DNA of 64,000 nt, from assembly GCA_030704615.1 (NCBI GenBank), contig CM060733.1, positions 682,001 through 746,000 on the forward strand, read 5' to 3'. Below the pieces are notes generated by a model. The model searched no databases. It worked only from the letters and a program-made list of their open reading frames with translations, and was not told where the DNA came from. The stretch is from Takakia lepidozioides. Its lineage: Eukaryota > Plantae > Bryophyta. Shown here piece by piece: positions 23,337 to 36,589 of this stretch. A program made the position numbers and the translations under genes. Position 1 is the first letter of the stretch, and each line of letters begins with the position of its first letter.

Positions 23337-25333
23337 CCCACTGTCTGTACCTGAAGTGCCAGAAAACCAACTAGTCCTCCAACTCCTTCAGGTGGATACC
23401 AGTAGCAGCACCAGAGGAGAACCACCAAGCCCGGATTGCTTGGTAAGTGCTCTCAGCTTCTCCCATTGAGATGACATTTTTGTACTTGAGGCAGAGCCTT
23501 CTGTGCTCCAACTGAAGGTCAGGGCAAATGCAGCGCTTTGTATGATGTGCCAGAGATTGACTCCAATGGAAGAGGCATGTGCGCTCCCTATTTTCCATTG
23601 GGACCTTAGGATCCCCCGAACCAAACACGCGCCGCACTGCATTGAAATTTGCCTGTGCACTATCAGCCATGAAGCCCGCAAAATTTGTGTTCTGTATTCC
23701 ATTGCGCTGCATGACGGCCAGGAGCGAATTCCACATGAGCATCAGGGATTCAGTGTCCTCCGACTGCATATCACAAATTGCTATGGAGAGCACACGTTAG
23801 TACGCTGGATCGTACACATGGCACGCCATGGTTGTCCAACCCTTCACCCGTATTAACCAACATTTTGCCAAATCTCCTCCAGGTTGCATTCGGCGGACAA
23901 TGCTCACACCACTGCCTTCGCCCACTGTGGACATCTTGAACAAATACACCTTGGACGAGCCCTGGCCAGGGAAGATACTGTTTTGAATGAATTCATAGCG
24001 ACTCCTCCGTTTGAGGTCCATAATGTTGTCCATGAATCCAATAGTGCCTGTGCCCATTCTGAGTGCATTCACCTGGTTTCGAATATTGGGAGAGCTCAAC
24101 ACGGAGAAATGGTCCATCACTGCCTTAAGCGAATCTGCATCCAGCATTGGTTGTGTCGCATCCCCTTCACCCAGTATATGTTTTTCCAGGAATGCCTTGC
24201 TAGCTACAAGCGCTATAGCAGAAGGTGTTACACAAGGGGCATTGGAACTCCTGCTTCAGCAGATTTCTAGTGATGTCCCCGCTATCCCTGCAACTTCCTT
24301 TGGACACAAGATGCTTGTGTGTACCCATATGAATGCAGGCACGAGTCATTGTCTTGCATCGGTGTACCACCTGGTACATACGAGCGTGACATACAGAAAC
24401 ACAAGACGGGGAAAGTTTGCAGAACCTGCACACAAAAGTATTGGTCTTGGGAGGGGCAAGCCCTGGGGTGAAAAGATTCAGGGGCACACCTTCCCACTCA
24501 CTTTCGTTTGATTTAGCACTGTTTCTCAGGCGAGGGCAAGAAATATTCACGCACTTACAATGCCCAACGCAGACCGACCTTCGAAATTTCAATCCAATGT
24601 CGTTGTCGATGTTCGACGTTTTTGTCCTGCACCAAAGGTGTCTGTCATGTTTCTTGTCCATGCTCTGCAGAAGCCCAGCTAGTCCACTGGAAGACGTGGG
24701 AGGGTTGAGCTCAAACAAGATGCCCCCATCAAACCCATCAAACTCTGCTGGCACGTATTGAACCCGCTGCACACGAAGGGACTCCCAATCAACAAAACGC
24801 AATTCGCTCTTGCACCCAGACACCCCTGCGAGGGCTTTCAATTTTGGAATGACACTCGTTATCTCCTGCAACTCGTCATCATCCAAGAATGGAGTCTGCA
24901 TTGGCGGAGGAATCTCAGAAACATCCTCCGAGGACGAGTCTGAAAGAGTCACGAATGTAGTGGATGTGCTCACCTCTTGTTTCACATGAACTGTGCACTT
25001 CTGCTGCACGACCGATGCTGCAGTGCCAGGGGTAACTACTGATCCTGCTGATTGTCTTCTCTCTTTTCCAAGGACCCGGTATGTGCCTGGAAGGACTCTC
25101 CACTTCCTTCCACACTCGCCAACCAATGGTTTCTCCAAGTGCCCAGAATCCAAATTCCCATCCTCGTCATACACCTCTTTTTGAACAAGTAGAGAACCCA
25201 ATTCCAGAGGGAACACTGTAACCAACTCATCCTCATGAACAACTGCAAACCCATCGTCATCTACAGTGGCAGTCAGTGGAAGACTACCTGCATTGGAATG
25301 AAATCGAACGAGTCTATCTCGCTCCCTGGACAT
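23337..25333 (-). pseudogene. N-terminal and catalytic part of a MULE-like transposase
   Basis: Probable ATG at 25333 (MSRERDRL). Cys/His-rich region (WCRTKTSN...CVGHCKCVNISC...CRFC...HMGTHKH); GWTTMACHVYDP; FAGFMADSAQANFNAVRRVFG...CLFHW (MULE D...CxFH); ends at FWHFRYRQW. Several frameshifts and one stop. Confidence 0.8.
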
Positions 25334-26142
25334 GTTTTCGTACACTAACAGAAAGTTGCGATTCACAGAGGAATCCCCGAACTGATAGCCCGTAATTCTC
25401 GAAAGGGGATCCACCCCAAACAAACTGAGGTAAAAAATGGTAGCACTGACCCAAAGACTGCGGGCGATGCATGCAAAAGATGTAGGAATGACATGCACCG
25501 AACTTCGCAGACAGCCACACTGAGAGATACCAACCAGAAAAACTGTTTTCTAAGACAAGAAGCCACAAGTAGCCGTGCTGTATTTGGATGAAAAACAAAC
25601 CCTAAACATGACATAAAATCATCCATTATGGGCTAGAGAAACAATGGAACATTGCCTGCTCTATTGTCACATTTCCTCAAGAGTATGGAGTTACGTGGAA
25701 GCCCTCTATGCCAACTGGAATGCGCTGCCCCCTCTCTCTGCCCCTTTGCTGTTACTTAATCTGCACAACAGGTCTCCAAAGAAATCACTAAGTTCCCTGT
25801 TGGGCAAAGATAGGTGCAAGAGTGTGCAATGATAGGGGCAATGATACTTGGTTTTATGCAGATTATATAGGCTCGTTGTGCCCAACACTTCAATGCAGTG
25901 TATTGGGTTTTGTAAATTTCATAAATTGGGTTTTGAAGCCAACTTGCCAACCTCCCCCTAGGTCCAAATTTTGCACCAGAATATGATCATATGAACAAGT
26001 TATGGCTTCTGAAAGTCTTAAATGGGCAACGATAGGTACAGTTACCCTACATTGTGACACTCAGGGATAGAAAACCTTGACAATAATAGCTAAAAAACCA
26101 ACCTAAGTTACAAGTTTCAACACATTTACCCCTCTGCAAATC

Positions 26143-26314
26143 AAAAGATAAAGATAAAGTTTGTTTAACGTCCAGTGAATTTACAGAGCCTGCTCAACAC
26201 ACATGCCATTGAGGGGCCAATGGACGGTTTGAAGGCACATGTTGAAGGATTGAACCCCGGATCACCCACGTTGTGCAGCAAGGCACAAATACCCAACCAC
26301 TGGCCTACCTGCTC
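26143..26314 (-). mobile_element. tRNA-derived SINE (family 2)
   Basis: Minus strand: A-box-like TAGGCCAGTGG, B-box GGTTCAATCC, and a 3' end GCTCTG...GGACGTTAAACAAAC(TTTATC)n. Confidence 0.55.
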
Positions 26315-27186
26315 AAGTGCCAGCGTTCCGTTCAACCTCATTGTTCCCATTGAGTTCCCCATGCTCACATGTTCGCAACAATCCCCTCTCCGACAGTCGC
26401 CGTTGGAATAAGTCCGTTGGATTAATCCACCGTGGCGATTCCTGATTGGGGAACACTGATTTCAAATCTTTTGATCCTCCCTTCTCCTTTCGGCGTCCTC
26501 TCTGTCTGTTCCCCCATCTCTTGCGCTTTCTTTGCTTTGGATCCCCATTTCATTACGGAACAACTGTATTGGTGGATGACAGGCGTAGGTATCTGTTTGT
26601 TTCTCTCATCTATTGTGTTTTGGGGGCTTCTCTCTTTGTTCTCGACGCAGCATAATTGACCAAGAATCGACTGTAAGCAAATCCAAGATTAGGGTAAGTG
26701 GTATCGTCACCTCAAACTCTCACACAGAGGGCGTAGCAGGGTCTCAAGTTTTTCGTCTGGAGATGTTATTGTAGAGGTTCAAGTGTAGCTGATGCAATTT
26801 GAATGACTCGATGTTTCCTACACAGTACATCTGTTCCAAAAATGAGCGTCATTGTACCGCTAGATAGTGAGCCGTGTACAAAAGAAAACAGTCTTGTCTA
26901 TAGGGTTAAACTTCACGGAGGTCTAGATGCAGTGATTACAGCCGGTCTAATTGCCAATGGAGACAAATGAGAGATAAATGCAATTCCTGACAAAATCTCA
27001 ATTGCAGTTCAATCCCAAGGCCTTATTCTCACTCTCTTACTAATCTTGAGTAGCACACAAACTGTCTTGGTGGAAATGGTGAGATTCAGGCCGTGGTTTG
27101 GCATTCAATGCGGACTAGAGAAAGGGGACCTTAGTTCAGGACTGTTTCCATAATTATACGCAACACTGTTTCAACAGGGAATAGCT

Positions 27187-30100
27187 ATGGACGAAGAGGT
27201 CAATGCCGGTGTCGCTGCTAAGGAAGAGGTCATCGAAATTGACCTCAACTATGAGTTCTCGGCACCGATGTATTTTGACTTCTCCTATGAGGAAACGGAG
27301 GTCGATGTCATGGCAGCAGAGCGCTGGTTTGAAAGCGCGGCTCCTTCTGAAGATTCCCGTACGTCTCTTTACTATGCACCCGTACCTTGATAAGGAGGGG
27401 TTGGGGTTGGGAACGAACTGAGTGTGTGCAGAAGATAGTTGTAAAGAATGTGGGGTGAAGGAATGAAGGTGTTTGAGAGCTGGTGCATTGCTAGGTAAGC
27501 CAGTGGTACATTCTAAGACGTTTGACGATGGGTTTCAGCAGAAGGGCCAGCGTAGTGGGGGCCCTCCTGGTGGTGAGGGGAAGCACTTCATTGATTAACC
27601 AAACTGTTGGCTATGGGGTTGGGTTTTGGTAGCACATGTTGCGAAAACAAAATCGATGGCAGAGCTGTGCTCAGCTGCCTCAGACTGGAATAACGACGGC
27701 GACAAAGAAGCTCAACAGGTACTTTCCCTCATCACCAACCAGGCAGGAATAACCAGGGCACAATTGTTCTGTTGTGGATGATATGAAATGCGCAATTATT
27801 TTGTCTATTTTTAATTTGATCTGGCTATATCGCAGATTCTGGCACATGTCTCACCAAAGCTACAGAAGAAACCTACAGACGTGCAGAAGGAGGCTGATGG
27901 GGAGGGTGTAGTTTGTGAGGAAATCGTCGTTAAAAGAGGTAGGCCCATGCGTTCTGTCATTGGTTTCATATTACTTGTCATGCAATCAAATGGATCTCGT
28001 CTTCCAGAACTTCTCCAGTAGTTTGCACCTAATGAGGGGATGACTGCCCACACAACCTGGGTGTGTTTGGACTCAGCATTTCTTCCGATCCCTGTCCTTT
28101 CCTTTTGTGCTGGAACAAGCAGCAACAAACAGCTTGATATGATATCTTTTCTACATTGAGGTTGTCTTTGTGGGCTTCCACTAGCAGCTCCATGCACTCC
28201 TGCTCCACAAGGAGAGCCCTGCACGCCAGCGGGCCCGCGCATGCCAAGCCGTGGACTGGGTAACCTTACTCGGACCCCCCGTTCAGCTCTCATTGCATCT
28301 CCAGGAAGACGTCTGGGAAAGAGGATCTATTCAAATGAGGTGACGGTGTCAGCTCGCCCTGTTCAGGGATCAAAAACAATGCCCAGGAACTCCAGGCTCT
28401 CAATTTCCAGGTTAGCTTTTGCCTCTGTTCATGTCATCAGGTTGTATGATGAAGAGTGTGGATAAATGTCTGTTCATGGCATCGCAGTTCTTTGGGACTC
28501 TCACAACATTTCGTCCCTATGTGTGTCTTCAGAGTTACTATGTTTAGTCTTTTATACAATCCCAGTGCGGATTTGTTCTTTGTTTGTTTGATCCCATCAG
28601 CACGTCTTAGTAAACTGGTTCGTACAGTGACCTGAAGCTTGCATCCTAACTTTTAATTAACCACCTTCAGAAAAAGTACTGTGAAGCTGATTACTCTGAA
28701 TAACAGGAGAACCTTTCTTCGCAACACCTCAACAAGGAAGGAGAAGCCAGCTGCCCGTAAGGTCAATGCCCTCTCCCCATATGATGTGCAAGCCAGGAAG
28801 AAGCAAAAGCTGGATAGTGGCCGTCTAAGACAGGTATGCAGTTGAGATTGGTATTAAGGAATACATTCGATGATCATTTTAACATCCGCTCTGTCGAGCC
28901 CATCTGCAGTCTTTTTCTGGTTGCAAAAAAGGGTGTTTTCACATCTAATGCCCAACTGGTTGTCGCAGGTAGATAACATGAAGGAGAGTGTGGTGAAGCC
29001 CATAGCTCCACCTACAATGACTGCTCACCGCTTGGGCAAAGACACTCGCTCAAGAGTGAATTTAGTAGACAAGACCCCCCACACAACATCCAAGGTGATC
29101 CTCTCTCTCCCTGGCCCATCAGCACTTTGGTTTTCTTGTGGACATAATTAGGTACGTGGTTTCTCTCTCTTAGAAAGTTCCTATTATTATTCTTCTCTTC
29201 AAGCTGGAAAAACCTGCGTATGGATTCTGGCCAAGGTTTTACTCTGGGATTCTTTTCAAGAAGAGGTTTCTATGGCATGTTGCAGTTGCAAAGGAGTCAA
29301 TCAGTACAGGTTGAAAGGGCAGCGTCGCCTTACATTTCAATGGCCGAGAAGGTGCAAAGATTTCAGCTAAAAACACCAGAACGCTTCCATGTTGTTCCAT
29401 CATGGCGGACGGGCAACTCTAGCCAGGTTGAGCTTCCTCATTCAATGGGACCTCAATAATCTTCTCCCAATCTTTTGAAGTTGATGTTCTGGATACACGC
29501 AGTACCTTGTGGTGAAGCAAATTTTGAAAATGGCAGTGAATGCTGGGGAGTCTTAGTCTAACCTGAGGAAAGGGGCCATCACTCATTGCGATTTGCTGAC
29601 ACAGCAGGATGGCGTACCCCATACTGAGAAACCCAAGATGAAACTGACAAGGCCCAAGGAGCCTGAGTTTGAAACGTCACATAGAGCCCGGCCACCCAGG
29701 TTTTCTCCGATCTCTCGTCCCATGTCTTGCATGGACCCTTATGATTGTTTAATGTTTATCGCGTGTCAGTGCTGAACCTCAGAAAGTTGGAGTACAAATT
29801 TGCACATCCATGTGGTTCTGAAACATTAAAATAAAAATTGGTTTTCAAATTTTCTCTGGAAGGTTCATGGGAGTACACTACAATTCAGTTCTGCAGTCTG
29901 GTCGCATTGACTGTCCATGAGCAAGCAGTGACAATCTTCATCTCCTTGATTCTATTCTCCATTGGGTTTTACCGATCATCTGCGTGAACAATTGACTAAG
30001 CTTCATATGGTGGAGGGCGAATCGGTTGATACCAGAAGCATCATAAATAAAAGAAGTTGCTAAGGTGGTCGTTTGGGGGGCATATGGAACAGGATGAAGA

Positions 30101-33100
30101 GTACAGCCGACATGGAGGAGGAGATGCTGGCAAAGCTGCCGAAGTTCAAGGCCCGTCCCCTGCCGAAGAAGGTTCCCTTCCCTTCCCTGAACTTCTAGTA
30201 TTCTGCAGAGGAAATGAACTGGTACATTGTAACGTCTGGAAGAGAGGAACTTTCTAATCTCCAGCTGAAGGACCCAAGGGATCAGAGAGACAAATGAAAT
30301 GAAATGGTGCTTTGTAACGTCCGCCGAAAGCTCATAGAGCTTACGGGACAAAATGGAAGAAAACATGAGAGAGGAACAAACAAAGAAAGAAAGAAAAAGA
30401 AAGAAAGACAAAGATCAGAGAGACAAAGAAATGAAATGAAATGAAATGGTGCTTTATAACTTCCGCGGAAAGCTCGTAGAGCTTATGGGACAAAATGGAA
30501 GAAAACATGAGAGAGGAACAAATCCAGAAACCACAATTAATGTTCTAGCGATTGTCTAAGGGTGAAGGCCTCGTGTAGGTAGGCTGCCAAGCATTTTTGA
30601 TCCTCATAGTGAAAGACATCAGTGAGAGTTTGGGTTCCACCGAATAAACAGTGGAATCTCCCACGGATCTCGTAGTATAGAGGGCAGTAGAAGAAGAAGT
30701 GTTCTTCAGTTTCAATTTCCTTGTTGCGCCCTATGCAAGCTGGACATAGGCGGTCCTCCCGTTGCAGGTTTTCCCATCTGCCAGTCTCTATCCGTAGGTT
30801 GTGGGAACCCACCCTGAACCGCCCCAATGCCCTCAAGAGGGAAGGAGATAAGGGTGCTGAAAGGTAATTTGGTCTCAAGATTCTATCATCGCGGAGCAGC
30901 AAGAATGTCTCTCGATAGAAGTGGAGCTTTGTTGTGAGATTGGGTAGCATCCAAGTTCTCTTGACATGTAATTCCATAAGCTCTCTCCGAATGAGTCTGT
31001 TGCGGTCATGTCTGGATGTGATGTCCATCTCATCTGGGTTCATCGGTAATAGGAAAGCAGTAGAAAGTCCGTTACGTTGAAATAAACTGTCCACTCGAGC
31101 ATACCAGGAGTTCTTGAAACCTGCAGCTTTGAGCCTCATAGATGTTGTGAGGGCCCTTGCCACTAGCCCTTTGGGTGGAAGGGCCTGCAATCTATGGAGA
31201 AAGATTGTAAGCCTGAAGAGGGCCTCGGATTGTAATGGTACACATGCGAGAACTCTGCACCTAGGATCTGAGATGGAGTTGTGCTCCTGGCGCCAAGCAT
31301 TGCTTGGAGAAAAGATGACTGTAATGGTTCCAAATTCTTTTCCCACCAGGAGACAGGGACACCAGGTGCCCAGAACTCAACCATAGATGGGGTAGCAGGG
31401 CTGACGACGGTGTCAAACAGCCACTTTTTGGTCGGGGGATGCCGCAGATGAGAAAGAAAGAAAGAAAGTCTATGTGAAGTGTCTACTGGCAGCTTGATGA
31501 GCTCAGAGAAATGAAATGAAATGAAATGGTGCTTTATAACGTCCGCGGAAAGCTCATAGAGCTCATAGAGAGAAAGTGAAAAAAAAGATACAAATAGCTC
31601 CAGCTGAGTTCTTTTCAATTTTTGGTGGCAGATACTGGAGGCCCTGCCTAAGACTATAAAGCCGATGCCACAGCTTCCAGAGTTTCAGGTATATCTCAGA
31701 GAAGCCCCGTAGAATGATATGAAACATAATCTGTGCAATTGAGTCTTTCTTCTGCTTGATGAATAACATAATTGTGAGACACTCGTAGTTGGACTGCTAG
31801 CTCCATAATCACTTCCACTTGATATGATGTGAAGAGCTCAACCTAGTCTAGCTCATGCGGACTGGTCTGGTCCTCGGAAGCACTAAGAATGAAAGCTGTA
31901 TGATCCTCTTGAGACAGTGGACATCAGCAATCACAAGTGTCATATTGGAGATAATTTCTCTTGTATTGATTGCTTATTGTCTGCAGGAGTTTCACCTTAG
32001 AACCATGGAGCGAGCTCAACAGCATCCTGGCAATGCTTTGTCTGTGTTGTCCACTTCTGCTGATTCGCAGCCTGACTCGGTGCCCAAGCAACCTGTACTC
32101 TTGTATTTATTTTCTCAGGGGCAGTCAATGCTTGTAGGGCAGTCCGTTCTCAACTAACCTTGTTACTCGACAAAGTTTGAACAGTCTGTCAGTCCTTGGA
32201 TTTATCGTTTGTGGGTAGAACCTGACGACCGGGTTGATGAGTGATAGTCTCCATTGAGGATTAACCTCGATCGTTCCTGATTACTACCTGTAACTGTATA
32301 TTATTGCAAATGTGAGCTGGCAGAGATAAGAGAGTTATATAAGTACTGCCGTTTGTTACAATATGTCCTGTCAGCCTCTGTAAGTCTGTTCTCTTCTCTT
32401 CAACATGTAAGGAACCCCACTAAGCAGATTACTTTCCCCCCTCCATCATGTCCTTTTACTGTTATCCACTCTCAGTTGTGCCACTTGCCTTGGTTTTCTT
32501 TCTGTTCAGTTGGTCAATGATGTGGGACAGCCATAACTCCATTGGACTTGGATATGATGGACGGTCTTGTGCGTTTCCTTGTTGGTCTAGATTGAGTCTA
32601 TAACGTCTGTAAGGCTGAGAGAAAGTGGATGCGGGGGAACAATGTTTGGGTGTATCCAGATGTCAGAGATGAAAGATAGACGGAAGTCTGCTCCTGTAGG
32701 GCCCCTTACAGAACCTCGACCTCCTCGCCTTCAAACTGCTAATCGCTCACGGCCGCCTACGTATGTCCTCTGTGACCCTCCAAGTTCCTCCTTATCTCTG
32801 TATGTCATATTCTGGGTATATGTGAGCTGTCTTAGAGCTTTAACTCTACATGGGATCTTATTTGTGTATTTTGGTATTGTGTTTGGGTACTAAAGGATTA
32901 TCCCCTCTGCAATACCATTGACAGTGGCTACTGTTTGTATTTGGACAAGTGGGTTGGATGTGGCAACTTGCATTTATAAGCCGAATTTGCTCCAGGTTGT
33001 GAGACAAGTGGTGAAATGTGGATGAGACTTGCAGGGTTAAGAGTAGTGAAGAGAGGGAGGTTGAAGAGCTCGCTAAGATACCCAAGTTCAAAGCTCGCCC

Positions 33101-36100
33101 CCTCAATAAGAGAGTGAGAATCCTGCCTTTCAGCTCTATATTTCCTGTTTCCTTGCCTCTCTGTCTTGTTCTAGCGAATCAATTAAATGCATTTCTCTGG
33201 CACATGGCTCTCTGTCCCCCCTTCTGTGCCAGGAGTTATTCTGGCCTGCTGCACATTATGATATTTGTTTCCTTCATTTTATTTCTATGTTGTCTTCTTT
33301 GTCCAACTAGGAGCTGAAGAGGCATTTTGGTAAATAGATCACTCGTAGATCTCCCATATCTCCTTTTCGCTCTTATACACTGAAAGGAGTCGTGTAACGG
33401 TGATTGTTTGTTCTTGGTTTTACAGATATTCCGGAGCCGGGGTGACCTTGGGCTTTTCCGTAATCAGAAACGCCAAGTGACAATGCCTCAAGTGAGCTAT
33501 CTGTGTGTTTGGATTTGCTTGTTAGGTGTTACATTATGCAATGTTTCATTCAGGTCAAGTGTCCGACCCTCAGGGAGGTCTTCATTTTGACAAGTCATTC
33601 CTGGAGCCTTTTCTGTGATTGCAATGGAATAAATATCCCAACGGTACAAGCATTGTTTTTTCACTATTGGGGGAATGGCATGTTCTGAAGGAGTTTCGCT
33701 TCAAAACGGGTGAACGTGCTCAACTCCGTGGGCCACAACCACTAACTGAGCAGCTTAACAAGGTGAGGCTTTGTCAGTTTTTCTCCAATGTTAATCTTTT
33801 TTCTTTGAGGATAATCATTTGTCTGAGTGTCCATGTTTATGTCTCTTAGTCTGCAGCAAGCCCACTTTACTACACTGGAATGAGGACCGGATGGCACTTT
33901 ATTCTCTAACAGTGCGAAGTAATGTTTGGGTTTGAATATTCAGCTTTCACTGAACCAGCAATTCCACCAGGAGGCTCCTCCGCGCCCAAGGAATCCAGAA
34001 CCCTTCCATCTTGCCACTGATGTAAGTTTCCATCTCTGTCTGGAAGAAAATTCTGTATCTTGGTGCTAGGAAAGATCTATTTTTTGTGGTGTGTTTTTGT
34101 ACTTGAGTGATGTCTCCCCAGTCTTTCCTGACCCTTATAACTCTTTGGGGTTGCTGTGTACGTGATAGAGTCTTTCTTTCCCCAATAATTTTGTATGCAA
34201 ATAAAGAAAATCTTCAACTTTTTTGGAGAAGGATTCCAGTAAAATATATGTTGAGACAAATTTTGCTCTCACGTAGGAGGACATTGTTGTCACCATGGCT
34301 TTATTGAGATAATTTTGGATGTTGGTCACAGGATCGAGGGCTTGCAAAGAAGATGAAGATGTTACGTGAACTAATTGAAAAGGAACAGCAAGAAGCAGCG
34401 GCCCGTATCCCCAAAGCTAACCCTCTTCCTTACACTACCGATTACCCTGCCGTACGTATTTCTTGAAGCCTGACTTCAAATTGATACATACATGCATTGT
34501 GATATTGTCGAATCCATTGCACTTAATAAAACCCAGGTGTCGGGTAATAGCCTATAAACTCGGAACTTATTCTGAAAAGTTACTGGTGATCATTGCTCTA
34601 GATACCACCAAAACCAGAGCCGAAGGAATGCACAAAGCCAGAGCCCTTTCGGTTGGAGAGCCTTGTCCGGCATGAAGAAGAGCTACAGCGTCAGGCTTTG
34701 GAACGCTCACAAGCTGAGGAATTAGATGCGGCCATGAAAGAATTTCATGCACAACCCAATTTGTCAAAGTATGATGTCTGCTCTCCCCCTGCCGTCACAC
34801 CAAGCTATGGAATCTAATCTTCTCAATGTATTGTTGCTATGTATGGTGCATTTTGAATGCGCATGCTTTATTTTATTGCATCATGTAATGTTCTGCACTG
34901 GAAAGTCGTCTCTTCTGTCTTTATGTAGCTCTGTGACCTGCATCAAGAAATTTTCTGTGTAAAGAAACTTATTATACGTTGTACAATCAACATATTCTAT
35001 CAGTTATACCAGAAGGTCATTTTTTGATATATTTCTGATGCTGATGGCTAAGATATTTCTAGAGAACAACTCTGGTGGCTGTTCAGAAATGCAAGTTCAT
35101 AATGTTTATAACATGGTTCTTTGGGAACAGTGTCCCAGTGTTTTTGCCAACCAGATCTAGGAAGCAGCTCACAGAGATCCAAGAATTTAGTTTTCATGTT
35201 GACCATCGTGCCATGGAGCGTGCTGAGTTTGACAGAAAGGTATGCAAGCTGTGTATAAGCAAGGGTGCTTAGGGAGGGTTACAAGTTTGCTTAGGATATT
35301 GAACGTAACTGAATTGCAGACTGGGCAGGGGAATATATACTGAGTAGACAGTTTGTGCCGGACCATTGGGGCTGTGGTGACACTACATAGATGTTGTTGA
35401 GGAGAAAATGACGAAATGGGGAATGCATTTTTGAACCATTACTAGGAACAGATGGTAGCTAGTAGTATTCCAAGGTTGCAATCTCATGGACTCCCATTTC
35501 TGTTCAAGATCTTCAAATTTTGCATTTGATTAATTGCAGGTGACCGAGAAACAGATGCAGTACCAACAGTTTCGTGAAGAATATGAAGCTTTTAGAAAGG
35601 TAAAACCCACATAGATAATCTCTTCTTACTGGACAGATACATCAGATCCTGTCTGTCGACTCTCTGGGACAAGCAGTGTAATTACAACGGCTTTTCTCTG
35701 TCAGTTCTCGCTTGACTAACATGCTGGTGGCTTCAATTAACTCCCACACTTCTGCGGTTGGAAGACATACATCCCTATGATTTGATTGGCAGCACTACGG
35801 TAATTTGGGTTTGACTGATAGATTCCCATGTTTTGGGTGCTAGAAGGATGTGTATCTGGTACAGTTAGTGAGGGATATGAAGCTTTTGGAAATGTAAAAC
35901 ATACATAGATAATCTTGTCTCACAGATACATCCGATCATTTCTGTCGACTATGTGGGACAAGCAGTTCAATTACACCAGCTTTTGTCAGTCCTTGGTCAA
36001 TTCTGGGTGGACTAACATATGCTGGTAGCTTAAATGAACACCCAGACTTCTGGGGTTGGAATAGGATGGATACATTCCTGTGATTTGATTGGCAGCACTA

Positions 36101-36589
36101 CAGTAATTTGGGGTTGACTCTATATTCCCGCCATGTTTTGGGTGCGAGAAGTATGTGTATCTCGTACCCTATCTGGACTTCCTCTGTTACCCTATCTGTT
36201 TCTTTCCTTCTGTCTTCCTTTTCTCACATTGGGTATCGGCTATTGGTATCTGCAGGCAGAGGAAGAAAGGTTTATTAAGGCAATGCGCAGAGAGATGGTG
36301 CCAATGGCACGCCCAATGCCCGAGTTCAACCGTCCATTTATGCCCCAAAGGTTTGTTCTGCATCCCTGGCATCTCTTGTAAGAGGTAGTCTGTGTGGTGA
36401 GTAATGTTGCTTTTGAAACAAAGGTTAACAACTCACTGTTCAGTGACTATATTTGTTTTCCCGTTTGTTATGGACAGGTCTGGAAAGGAGCTAACGAAGG
36501 CTGTCTCTCCACACTTCCATGTACAGTTTCGGGAAGACCGTCAAAGATCCCTCACCGCCAGTGCTAAAAAACGAATTCAGATGCGTTAA
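27187..36589 (+). CDS. TPX2: TPX2 (targeting protein for Xklp2), microtubule/spindle assembly factor; about 22 exons
   Basis: Exon 1 (27187-27358) IDLNYEFSAPMYFDF...AERWF is the plant TPX2 N-terminal Aurora-binding motif. Also YISMAEKVQRFQLKTPERF (~29330), KLTRPKEPEFETSHRARP (~29640), repeated FKARPL (~30145, ~33085), EFSFHVDHRAMERAEFDRK (~35180), MRREMVPMARPMPEFNRPFMPQRS, and a last exon 36478-36589. GT-AG borders were seen for the exons traced; some early exon borders are approximate. Confidence 0.93.
30295..30412 (-). mobile_element. Short 5'-truncated RTEX-type LINE 3' end with a 15-bp TSD
   Basis: TSD GATCAGAGAGACAAA at 30280-30294 and 30413-30427; sequence nearly identical to the 3' UTR at 30428-30522; (ATTTC)n tail. 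Confidence 0.75.
30428..31450 (-). mobile_element. 5'-truncated RTEX-like LINE (ORF2 C-terminus plus 3' UTR) in a TPX2 intron
   Basis: ORF 30537-31346 contains LGRFRVGSHNLRIETGRW...RLCPAC...ETEEHFFFYCPLY (C-terminal CCHC). The 3' end is GCTTTCCGCGGAAGTTATAAAGCACC(ATTTC)n. Confidence 0.8.
31508..31570 (-). mobile_element. Third, ~60-bp 3'-end copy of the same LINE
   Basis: (GAAAT)n GGTGCTTTATAACGTCCGCGGAAAGCTCATAGAGC matches the other two copies. Confidence 0.7.
35576..36165 (+). repeat. ~295-bp tandem duplication covering an exon end and intron of TPX2
   Basis: 35580 ATATGAAGCTTTTAGAAAGGTAAAAC...GATGTGTATCT versus 35875 ATATGAAGCTTTTGGAAATGTAAAAC...TATGTGTATCT. Confidence 0.75.

Noticed and set aside
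23313-23345. Functional transposase-methyltransferase fusion protein
   Set aside because: The two reading frames are out of phase at the junction, and the transposase has an upstream stop and frameshifts.
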